In this document: piece by piece, positions 13,086 through 24,280 of the stretch
How positions within the stretch are numbered: the first letter of the stretch is position 1
Layout: every line of letters starts with the position of its first letter
From: Macrostomum lignano
Lineage: Eukaryota
NCBI GenBank assembly: GCA_002269645.1
Contig: NIVC01000510.1
Location: forward strand, 1-64,000
Direction: 5' to 3'
DNA: 64,000 nt
Made by a program: the position numbers and the translations under genes
Notes under the pieces: generated by a model
What the model saw: the letters and a program-made list of their open reading frames with translations, nothing else
What the model was told of the DNA's origin: nothing
The model's database searches: none

Positions 13086-13943
13086 CATAGATACATAGAT
13101 ACATAGATGGATAGATAGATGGATAGATAGATAGATAGATAAATAGATACATGCATACATAATCAGGCAGCACAGACAGCTCACCAGCTTCTTATCAATA
13201 AGAACCTCCTCCTGCAGCTGCCTATAAAACAGAGTCTGATCCGACTCAGCGGCAGCAAGCACTCCAACGCTTGGAGCAGCAGTCCCAATGCCGCCCTGAG
13301 AAGCCGCGACCTTGCCAATGGACTTGTCCAACTTCTCAATTGGGTCAATTTTTTCAACTTTCTCAATCTGATGCTGCTGCTGCTGCTGCTGTTGATGCGG
13401 CAACAATCTCGAATCTAAATTGGCGCCAGCATCCGCAATGGACTGTTGCAACTTTTTATTATGATTGTTGTTATTTTGAGTATTACGCGAAACAAAGGAC
13501 AGAGCAGACGAATTCTGATCCAGCTGTCTCTGCTGCTTTCCGCTGCTATTGCCGCTCTGAGCTAAATTAGATGCATGAGCAGATGATGTCGCTGGAATCT
13601 TTGAATGCGACGTTGGAGGAGGAGGCGGAGGCGGCGGCGGCAGGTGCGGGTGACGCAACACTCCGTAGCCAAACGGGCCGAGAGGCGGCAGCATGGCGGT
13701 GGCAGCGGCGTGATGATAACCGGCGGCTGCAGCTGCTGCCGCTGCTGACTGGCTTCCGGCGGAACCTGAGGGCGGTGGCGGTGGCGGCGCGAACGGGTGC
13801 GGCGGGAAAGCCGCCGCGTAGGGCGACGGCCGACCAGCAGCGGCTGCGGCTGCGGCGGCTGCAGCGGCGGCGGCCGGATGATGATAAGAATAAGGCGGAT
13901 AGGCCAAGGCCGCGGCCGAGTATTGAGCAGCCAGGGACTCCAT
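11289..13943 (-). CDS. Uncharacterised Ala/Pro/Gln-rich protein, exons 13943-13185 and 11399-11289 (~290 aa)
   Basis: ATG at 13943 downstream of an AG acceptor. Donor CTG|GTGAGC and acceptor CGCAG|GGC join in phase 0 and remove the (GATA)n tract. C-terminal [27 protein letters not shown] looks structured but I do not recognise the family. Confidence 0.65.
11410..13140. repeat. (GATA)n microsatellite, ~1.7 kb, intronic
   Basis: Seen directly; TATC strand has no stops in any frame. Confidence 0.97.
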
Positions 13944-14119
13944 TATAGTTGCTGTTGTGTTAACTGGAATCAAATTAAATACAATAATAATTCATTTTGC
14001 TTCCTACAAATCAAGTTACATACAACTACTAGTAGTAAAGTATCAAGTAAAAGTTCAGTAAGTTAACTAGTAAATTCGTCAATGTTTACATACAACATTT
14101 ATCTGTCAAAACAGATAAA

Positions 14120-15030
14120 CCGATCCCAGTCTAGTCTCGCCGATCCTAGTCTAGTCTCGCCGATCCCAGTCTAGTATTGCCGATCCCAGTCTAGTCTCGC
14201 CGATCCTAATCTAGTCTCGCCGATCCCAGTCTAGTATTGCCGATCCCAGTCTAGTATTGCCGATCCCAGTCTAGTATTGCCGATCCCAGTCTAGTCTCGC
14301 CGATCCCAGTCTCGTCTCACCGATCCCAGTCTAGTATTGCCGATCCCAATCTAGTCTCGCCGATCCCAGTCTAGTCTCGCCGATCCCAGTCTAGTATTGC
14401 CGATCCCAGTCTAGTCTCGCCGATCCCAGTCTAGTCTCGCCGATCCCAGTCTAGTCTCGCCGATCCCAGTCTAGTCTCGCCGATCCCAGTCTAGTATTGC
14501 CGATCCCAATCTAGTCTCGCCGATCCCAGTCTAGTATTGCCGATCCCAGTCTAGTCTCGCCGATCCCAGTCTCGTCTCACCGATCCCAGTCTACTCGAGT
14601 CTAGTCTCGCCGATCCCAGTCTAGTATTGCCGATCCCAGTCTAGTCTCGCCGATCCCAGTCTAGTCTCGCCGATCCCAGTCTAGTCTCACCGATCCCAGT
14701 CTAGTCTCGCCGATCCCAGTCTAGTATTGCCGATCCCAATCTAGTCTCGCCGATCCCAGTCTAGTCTCGCCGATCCCAGTCTAGTATTGCCGATCCCAGT
14801 CTAGTCTCGCCGATCCCAGTCTAGTCTCGCCGATCCCAGTCTAGTCTCGCCGATCCCAGTCTAGTTTCGCCGATCCCAGTCTAGTATTGCCGATCCCAGT
14901 CTAGTCTCGCCGATCCCAGTCTAGTCTCGCCGATCCCAGTCTAGTATTGCCGATCCCAGTCTAGTCTCGCCGATCCCAGTCTAGTATTGCCGATCCCAGT
15001 CTAGTCTCGCCGATCCAAGTCTAGTCTCGC
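14120..15030. repeat. 20-bp minisatellite (CCGATCCCAGTCTAGTCTCG / ...TATTG), about 45 units
   Basis: Seen directly, two alternating unit variants. Confidence 0.95.
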
Positions 15031-17099
15031 CGCCGCTACTACAGTCTCGCGATTGCCAGATTGATCTCTCGTGTGCCATATGTATTGAAAAACGTTTGCC
15101 ATCGATTCTACTGTCTCATCAATCAGCAGATGAATCTGCTGTGTCAACACTGCAAACACTTTAAGTTTTTAGTTTTTTTGTGTTTTAAGTATTTCTTAAC
15201 TTTATGTTAAACGCATGGCTGCCCACATGATTACGTTTTATGCTTTCTGTAATTGGTCATTGTACTGAATTAGTAATATTTTTATGTTAATATTGCTGTG
15301 TTATGCCAACTGAAATCCACACATTTAATTGCCCCATTTAACATTTTTTATGCTTGAATATAATATTTGTTTTTTTGCTACTATAAATTCTTAATGTATA
15401 TCAATGGACAAACACTAAAACTAAAATAGTTTCAACTTTACTCTTTAAAGGTATAATCATTGGGTTTAAATTGTATAAACTAGGATATAATTAAGGGCCA
15501 TTTTTTGATCATTAAAATAAAGGATAAAAGTTCTATTGCCTCATAAGAGTGCCATTAGATTTTTCCATGAATAATTGATAACTTATAGTTTTCAATTTTT
15601 CAAGTTATTGTATATTTGCATGCGTAGTTTCTTTGCATCTTACTAAATTTTGCCAATATTCTTATTTGCACATCTTTGAAATCAATTTTTTGTTTTAAGC
15701 TAAATGTGAGTAAATAGTTTTATAAACATCTAAAGTTAAACATGCATACACTTGCAAATAGGCTAATTAATTTGCACTGCAGATCTGCTCAGAAATTCAA
15801 GTTGAACATGTTTTCTTGCATATAGATCTTAGCATATTGTAGTAGATCATGGTCAAGTTCTTAGCAGATTTGTCTTATAAGATCCTAGCAGACAATGTAA
15901 GATCTGCTTATACATTTGAATGGTATAGATCTTGTGGGCTCTTGCAAGAACTTATTGGGAAGCTCAAGTCAGATCTTGTAAGAATAGGCAAGTCAATGTC
16001 ATCTAGGGATTGCTTGCATCTGGGTATTGCTTGGATTTCTTACCTAATTTTTATAACTGTCTATTATGCCTGCTAATACTACTGAAACAACCTTTTTGTT
16101 TGTATTTACTAAACATTTTGATATCCCAGTTTGTCTTTTAATGCCCTGATTCATGATGATAAAATTAAAAATTAAATCTAATAAATAGAAATATTCATTA
16201 GTACAAATAATACCAATAATAAATGCTCTACAATACTCTTATTTTACCTTACCAAAAAGCATTATTTATTTAGTTAAATTAAAATATTTTCTTAATTTTG
16301 GAAAGCTGTTCATTTGATTAAATTGCATTAGATTATTACCTATAAGGCTATACAAAGCATGCATACAAAAAAGCTTAATTATAAATAAAAATTAAATATA
16401 CAAGTATCAACAATGTCACATTTAGTTTTAATTGAGTTTATAAATATAATAAATCAATTTTAGTGTTGATTTCTCATTGGAGTATTATAACATAAAATGG
16501 TTTAAGAAGATTAAATCAAAAACACATTTTTAACTTATCAAGTATACAAAAATCTAATTAAAATTAATATAAAAATTAACTCTTGTTTATAATTATCAAA
16601 AAATATATAAAAAGGAAAAATAAAAATGTATAATTTTCAATAAGAAAAAAATATAAAAAATGTTTTTGCACTAAAGCTAAGTATAATAAAAAGAGGCTAT
16701 CTAAAAAGATAAAGAGATTTTCAAAAATATTTTATTAATGGGTGTCAAATACTGCTTATTTACCTATTTCTTCTTAAGGCTAAATCTTTAATGGTTCAAT
16801 AATCATTATATAATCAATAAAGGCCCTGTATAGTTTAAAAAAGCTATTAATATTATTAACTTTTGAGTAAGATCCTATAACCTAAGAATAATGATAAGAA
16901 ATAAAAATATACTAAAGATGAGTTTAAATTAAAAGCCTATTCAAAAGGTCAAAGATATTAAGAAGAATGAAATGACAAGTGTAACCCTCTAATCTTGATA
17001 GGGCCTAATGCCTAGAATTAAAACTAGGCCTAGTACATATAACTACTTAGGCTATATTACATTAGATTAGACTAACTATCAAAAATGTATAATAATTTG

Positions 17100-18304
17100 A
17101 GTCATTCCACAAGAGGGTCCCATCATGTTTTTGAACTTTAAGCACTTGTAACTATTGAACTAAATTAGATAAAACAAAGTTGCAAAAAGCAATATGGCTC
17201 ATTCCATATAAGATGGACATATTTGGAAAATAGAAAAAAGTCAATATTTTTGCTTGCCACTGCCTGATTAGCCAATTTTTTTACCAAATGTTTTTTATGT
17301 GTAACATCTACAATCTAAGAATAAATGAATGATAAAATGTTAGATTAGTATGTTATCAAGTGGCAAAAAGTAATTTTTGTAAAAATTTGGACAGTTTTTT
17401 AAGCAAAAGACATCATTAAGTTTGTGAACCTTTTAAAAACAAATAGAAAGCTTTGGAAGGTTGAAACAAACTATAGATAAAAGTATAGTACTTGCATCAT
17501 CAGATAAAAGTATTGATGAACAAATAATCAATTATATTTTTAATATATTGGTACCTCTAAGTTACTGAATTGACAGAACAAAATATGTTACGACCAGAAT
17601 GTTACGACCATAAGGCTGCCTTTTCTTTTGTATCTTTGTTGCCTTTTTGAGTTTATATATTCTACAAAAAGAGTATGATTTCTAAAGATGTTCTTAGTCG
17701 AATTTTAAAAAAATTATTGCAAAATATCAAAAATGAAAAATGTTATAAGACTTTTACCTTTTAGTTTCTATCTGTCAAAAATCCTGTCGTTACGACCAGA
17801 AGTGCCATTCAAGGTTTAATAGCATCTATATTAATGATGATATCTACATGAAACTCTATAAAAATATTCTTGACAAAAAAATCTTTCATTTAAAATATTG
17901 GTTTAGTGTATTCTATTATTAGATTTCATTTTATAAGTAAAAATAGCCTGTCATGTTACGACCATAATTATATGGAATTGCCCATATATATCAAACTTCA
18001 ATTCTATGTTTTTCATATAGCTGCTTATGAATTCTAAAACAACTGAACACATAGCAGAGCATAAACTATGCTGACAGTCATTTGGTAATAAAAAATGACT
18101 ATTAGCATAGTTTATAAATATTCTCTAACTATAGGTCTATAATAATTTAATTATTTTAGAATTCATAAACAGCTATATGAAATATATATAAGTTTGACAT
18201 ATTGCTTTTTGAGCTTTGTTATATTGATTATGGTTCAAAAGTTACAAGTGCTTACCCCCTTAAAGTTCACAAATATGATAGGACCCTCTTGTTATAGAAT
18301 GACC
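17100..18304. mobile_element. Degenerate foldback/MITE with a second ~790-bp TIR element (~17195-17988) nested in its left arm
   Basis: 17101-17195 plus 17990-18045 match the reverse complement of 18150-18304. The inner element is bounded by ATATGGCTCATTCCATATA / TATATGGAATTGCCCATAT. Confidence 0.7.
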
Positions 18305-19749
18305 TATTTATTTATTAAGTTTTAAAAGAAAAATGCATAACAATCAGGGTTTTCTTTTTTGCCAGAGACAATGTGCAAAATCACACCCTATGCTCACTTT
18401 CATGGTGCAATTTTAAGGCTCAAAGTGCAAATTTCTCTTTTTTCTTATTTCAAGGCAGTGCGAATTAGGTTAGGCCTATAAATAGGTTATAAGACTACAC
18501 CTAAACTGCATCTATGTTTCAATTTCAGGGTGCAGTTTTTAAATTTAAGGTGCATACGCATACTCTACGTACAAAAAATAAACCCAGATAACAATTATGA
18601 AAGGAAAATAAACCAAACCACTGGGCGCTAGACCTAGCACCTAGCCTAGGCCTACTATAATTTGGTATTACTATTAAGAGTAAGATTGTTTTCCAAAGTA
18701 GAACAAACAAATATAGGCCTACCTACTAGGCCTATGGCCTCTATTAATAGGCCCCTATAAAAGATGAATTATGATTTAAGCCTAATTTAAAATTTAAAAA
18801 AGATTAGGCCTATAGTATCAGCTATATATATTTGTCTATTTGGCTTTGCATTTTACAATGACATTTTAAGCTAAAGATTTTTTCATAAAGGCCAAGGGTC
18901 TTGACTCTTGTGACTTGTTAAATATTCATGAAAAAGCAAATTTTAAAAAGTAGTTTTTTATTATTAACACTTTAACAATGCAATAAAATTACTGTTAAAA
19001 GTAAAATAAGGCCTAAACTCAAAGAAAGAAGAAAAAATATTGCAATAGGCCTAGGCATAGTTACACTAGGCCTATTCTATCTATCAATGCTAATATTATT
19101 ATTTGTTAAATGTGTAGGCCTTACAATGATGATAATAAATAAATACTAAATAGAAAGAAAACAATTATATTATTATTAGCCTTGTTATTAGTAACTTGGG
19201 CAATCCTCCAATTTTGCCCAAGCCTTTTTATAGGCCCTAAGCCTTTTATTTATTGAGAACCACCAATTTTTTGTTTGAAATTAGTTAGGCCTATGGGCTA
19301 TGTGTAATGTGTCATGCTATAATAACTGTATTAAGTTATTAAGTATAACTTAATATTTTACTATTTTAATATTGTAATATTGTTGAGCAAAGATGGTTAT
19401 TTAAACATGCGCGTGTGCAGCTTGCTGGCCATAGACAGGATCCGTCCAACCACGGCCTCCACTCCATGAGGCTTTTCATAATACCAATTCCAGAATAAGA
19501 ATCGGTTCGGATCTTCCAAGAAAAACAGCAGTATAACTATTTAATTCTGTTGAATGTTTGACTGCCTTAACAACCTCAATTAGCACAATTTTTCACTTTC
19601 TTCTTGGCGATTGTCATTCAATAATAAAAACTTTATAGCACGTATCTCCCTCTAGTTATGGAGACAAAAAGTTATACTTCACAAATTGGTTCTGGTTCTG
19701 GAACCATAACAAGCAATATGAAAGTCCCATTTAGGCAACTAGGCTAGCT

Positions 19750-20447
19750 CAAGGACGACTTAAGTAGAAGGACGGGAAACCTCGTTTCTTAGAAAAGTTT
19801 TGAAGGCACTTTTTCCCGAAAAAATACACTACGGAGATAGGAAGTTTTCATTTTTTCAGCACAAAAATTGTTATTGCGTTTGATAGGAGGCAGATCCAGT
19901 GTTCATCTTGTGATATGTTGCGCCTTTTTTATTGCTCTATCGATATTTATAAAGCTTTTCGTTCATAAAATTAGGATTCTATGTTAATTTTTTATTCTAC
20001 GTATATTTTCATGTGTCTTGTGCTTGAAATACATTAGAATGCCACGGCTCGGCTCTTTAGCTTCATGAGTCTTTTTTATCATTCTTACCCGACTGTGTAG
20101 CAAATATTTGTAACAGAGATGATAAAATAGGTTCATAAAACCAAATATTGGAGCTGTGTCATGCATTTTTGTGATTTTTAGATACAGGAAATATACGTAG
20201 AATAAAAAATTAACATAGAATCCTAATTTTCTGAACGAAAAGCTTTATAAATATCGATAGAGCAATAAAAAAGGCGCAACATATCACAAGATGAACACTG
20301 GATCTGCCTCCTATCAAACGCAATAACAATTTTTGTGCTGAAAAAATGAAAACTTCCTATCTCCGTAGTGTATTTTTTCGGGAAAAAGTGCCTTCAAAAC
20401 TTTTCTAAGAAACGAGGTTTCCCGTCCTTCTACTTAAGTCGTCCTTG
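19750..20447. mobile_element. Non-autonomous hAT-type MITE, 698 bp, ~259-bp TIRs, 8-bp TSD GGCTAGCT
   Basis: TIRs 19750-20008 and 20189-20447 with one mismatch seen. TSD at 19742-19749 and 20448-20455. CA...TG termini with 8-bp TSD are typical of hAT. Confidence 0.9.
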
Positions 20448-20924
20448 GGCTAGCTACTGGTGGATCAAATCACCTGCCGCTGTTGTCGCTGCCTTACAGC
20501 CGGCTAGGCAAGGGCCAGATCCTCTTACACGGACGCGCATGAGCCCTCAAATGTATAGTATATAAAGTATAACAAATATATAACAAAAAGACTTTGCGAG
20601 GCGAATTATTGCAGAAAAAAGTAGGTCGATATAAATTCTAGTCAAACAATTTTCGCACTAAAAAATTTTCTGTTCCTTAAAAGTTCAGGCATAGGTGAGG
20701 AACGGCTGTGCCTTCGCGCAGCCCGACCCGCAGCCTGACAAAGTCGCGACTGACTGGCTGGCTGTCTTACGGTTATGTAATTACGCGAAAGCATAGTGAA
20801 TGACGTTGGCTCAACCGGCTGGCCGAATCAATCACCCGACACAGAAGCCCCGGTCTGAGTGCAGAAGCCACCCGGAAGCGCAGATTATACTAACAAGGAC
20901 TACTCCATATATGATCTTAAGGAG

Positions 20925-21015
20925 GCTTGTTTTCGTCGAAAAATACACTATGGAGATACGAAATTTCCACTTTTTACGTATTAAAATTGTTATTGCTTTC
21001 GATAGGAGGCAGACC
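20925..21015 (+). mobile_element. Diverged fragment related to the arm of the 19750 MITE
   Basis: AAAATACACTATGGAGATA...AAAATTGTTATTGC...GATAGGAGGCAGA matches ~19815-19895. Confidence 0.7.
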
Positions 21016-21348
21016 CTATGTTCAACTGCACCCAGTGCAGACCGTGGATACATGTACTGTTATGTCTTGTGATCCTGTGCTTACATGTATTTGATTGCTA
21101 TGTCGCGTAATCTTTCACTTTTTATACGTGAGCCGCTTAGAGAGGAGACACGCTCAGGGGAATGCAATAGCAAGGGTTCTAATTAAGGTTGTAGCCATAG
21201 ACATAAATGAATGGGGCAATATGCAGGTAAACGCTAATAGGCAAAATACGAGTATGAGCTATAACTATTAAGTGCATTTACAATGCGCTTCATGTCCCCC
21301 TCCGAATGGGATCCGCAAACAAGTACATATAGTGGAACAGTTTAAATA

Positions 21349-22165
21349 TCAGTAAACACTAAGCGCATTTAAACTAGTGACGATCTTAGCTATAGGTATG
21401 AGTTCTGAGTTTATATGGAGTGAATCTGTTCGGTTGCTGCCGAACGCTGAGCTCCGTCTCAGCGTGGACGTTGGATGCTGTCCATTGTCATCCGGGGTCG
21501 TTGCCGGTGTAGCATCACCCTCTTCCGCCTCACCATCGTCGATGTCAGCACCATGGTATGGCGATTTGGTTGATGCTAGCAAACTGTAGGCGGCCATTCG
21601 CCAAAACCTGGCTGTGTTGCGTCCCGCAGTCATCAGGAATTTCGCGGGCTGTCCAACAGCATCGGATGGTTTGTACAGAACAGGCTCACCTTGGTCGAAT
21701 GCTGAAACCACGGGAACTGGCAGGCGTCGTCCAAAAACCAACTCGGCTTTTTCCTCGACTCATGGCGGAGTTGCGGTGATGCATAAGTACCTTCTGCAGA
21801 AAGGAGATGAACGGCAGGCGGGTGATGCGCTCAGTCCAGGAGCGCAGTGCAGCCTTCACGGTTTGAATTGCTCGTTCCGCTGAACCGTTCGCTTGAAAAT
21901 AATATGGAGGGGATTCCAGTTTTGTCGCGCCATTAGCTTTCAGCCAGGTGCCGACAGGATCGCCTGTGAATTCCGGAGCGTTGTCTGACACCACAGTTTC
22001 GGATACGCCGAACCGAGAGAACACAGTGCGCAAAGAAGCGATGAAGTTTTCGCCCGACCCACTGGGGAATGCCTCAATCCACCCAGAGAAGGAGTCCGAA
22101 GGAGTCCACGATAATGAGCACGTTCCCGGCGTCCTTGATATATGCCCATGATGAGGACGCACTTT
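21349..22165 (-). mobile_element. Truncated, frameshifted Ty3/gypsy LTR-retrotransposon integrase relic
   Basis: DSFSGWIEAF, VFSRFGVSETVVSDNAPEF, PPYYFQANGSAERAIQTVK (rve D,D35E core), then a frameshift before (PAEL)VFGRRL. Confidence 0.85.
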
Positions 22166-22270
22166 TTTCCAAACCCCGCGCTAGCACATGGGCTCTAAAC
22201 TTACCAGCCTACTAACAGTGGGCAATGGGCATTTTTATCCTTTTTCTGCGAATTGTCATAGAATCTATAC

Positions 22271-22325
22271 CACAGATAATAAAACAGATAATAAACCTAT
22301 ATCTATACAGTATTTAGTATCTGTG
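22271..22325. mobile_element. 55-bp micro-element with 8-bp TIR (CACAGATA) and 8-bp TSD (ATCTATAC)
   Basis: TSD at 22263-22270 and 22326-22333; CACAGATA...TATCTGTG termini. Confidence 0.6.
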
Positions 22326-22739
22326 ATCTATACTAGATATAATGCTTGGTCATACTAGTAGTCATAATAACATAGGCGCAGCTTTTTGGGTCATAAATCA
22401 TCGCTTTCGAAGCTGGTCTGACAGCCACCTGCGCCTCACTCAGTGTTGAGGCGGGCGCCAGATGGTCTGAGAGGATGCGGGCGGTAGCTTTTTTCTCATC
22501 ATTTTGACAGGCCATCAAGATTTATGGGGTCAGAGCCTATTGTTCGTGTTCACTCAAGCGTGTGACAGCTTTGACAGCTATGCGTTTTACCCATAAAAGT
22601 ACCTTGGGATTAGCGATTAGTGATTTCTCTTCATTATCTTCAATTTCTATTTAATAAGAGCTTTCTAATGTATATTTTTTCATTAATTTCTGTCAATCCT
22701 ACGCGAAAAGTCATAAATCATTTTGTTGCGATTTTGATT

Positions 22740-24280
22740 GATTTATGGCCGCACCTGTCATCTATTTACGACCCTGTGGGAACTGATAGGATCTCCCGAT
22801 CACGTGATTCTGGGTAGCAACAAGCTTAGCCAATCAAAAAATTCGGCGCTCATTTTAACAAATCGGCTCAGCCTATCAGAATCGACGTGTTCCATTATAA
22901 CAAACTGCGGTCCAGTTGGCGGCTATTTAAACCGGTGTTTTCGGCCCGCTCGGACTCCAACTTGCTCGGGCCCAGCACGCAACTTCTGGTTCCCGGAGCG
23001 CGACCGTCGTTTCTTGATCCCCGGATTGCGACTTCCCCCCATCATCATCAAGGACGAGTCCCCCGGTCATCAGCAGCGAACAACAAACGAAGAGCATCGC
23101 CTGCTAGCTATCTGCGAAGACTGTGACAGCATCATCCCGAGTCTAGAGCTACAGAGCATCAAGCCGATTCGGTCACTGTGGATTACCTGGTCTCCGGCCG
23201 TTGAGTTTCTGATTGGTTGGGTGAGAGGCTACCTGGACTTGCTTGATTGGGTGATCCCCCATCTGTCCCCTGTTTCAGTAGCTGAATTTTTGCTCATTTA
23301 CTCTTTTGCTCATTTTGTTCAGTAGTGCTGTCGCTGAGGCAGAAGTCATTCAATAATACTGCTAGTAGTCTGAAACTCCAATTCAATCTGAGGTGTGAAG
23401 TGATTTAAGGAGAAGGTTAAATCTGACAGTTATTTTATCGGTTTTATTTCTTTGTTCGCCGATGGCTCAGATGAGTGGCTAAGCTAGTAGGTGCCGGTCA
23501 CAGTGGACCAATGGCAAAGCAGTTCTCAGTCGATCAATCTATCAAATCAGTTAGCGAAATTGCCAATAGTGCAGAATCGGCTCCAGAGATGTACTCTGTG
23601 CACTTTAGGTTAGCCAAGCGGCTCGGGTAATGAATCATGCGGTCTCTGAAGTTCGAGTTAGTCTATCATCAGCGCTATGAGAGGCTAGTTGGTGCGTTGA
23701 AGGACAAAAGTACAATTCTTCGTATTTAGCAATGTAATAGTACATGTAGCTACCCCATAGACTCGCCACTGCAAGAATCCCCTGCACAAGTCCCCTCTGT
23801 ACCTACATGGCCAATGCGATCTAGTCCCAGCAGTGTCCCCGATCATCGGCTATGACTTCGAGATTGACAGCAAAAAGACACTAGTTGGCAGGTAAGTGCA
23901 AAGCCAATGTACAACATGTTATACAAAATACTCGTATAACAGGCGTAGTGACGCTGTCGGTACTTTTATGGATACGAGCAGGCGTGACGACGCTCTGCGA
24001 TAATGGGTCGATCCCTCTGGTGTCGGGACACTCAGAGTTCACGCTGCGTCTCGAGGTGTAGTGACACTCTCGAGTGCTTCTAGTTTCGATACTGTAGGTT
24101 GTACACTATAAAGTAACCGGTACAGTACTACAATAATACACAATATACAACACTGCTGTGCTGCAGTGGTCACAGTCGCAGGCGTGATGACGCTCTAGCT
24201 ATGAAACCACTGCTACGGCAAGGCCTCAGAAGAGCTGGGCCAGGCTTGAGCACTATATACCATTTAAACAGGGTAGAGGG
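22740..24280 (+). mobile_element. Possible decayed retroelement promoter/leader and stop-riddled ORF
   Basis: CCAATCA and TATTTAAA motifs followed by a GC-moderate leader and coding-like sequence full of stops; no diagnostic domain recognised. Confidence 0.25.

Noticed and set aside
11289-13973. 894/617/591-aa ORFs (YLSI repeats)
   Set aside because: Stop-free (TATC)n read-through; the tract is bounded by in-phase GT-AG sites and is an intron.
14120-15030. CRISPR-like regular arrays (also 49895-50720, 5845-6570)
   Set aside because: Head-to-tail units without unique spacers, no cas genes, eukaryotic context.
18460-19320. Fungal-type RIP as the cause of TAGGCCTA enrichment
   Set aside because: Metazoan gene content; CA/TG remain abundant, so CpG decay or a native motif is more plausible.
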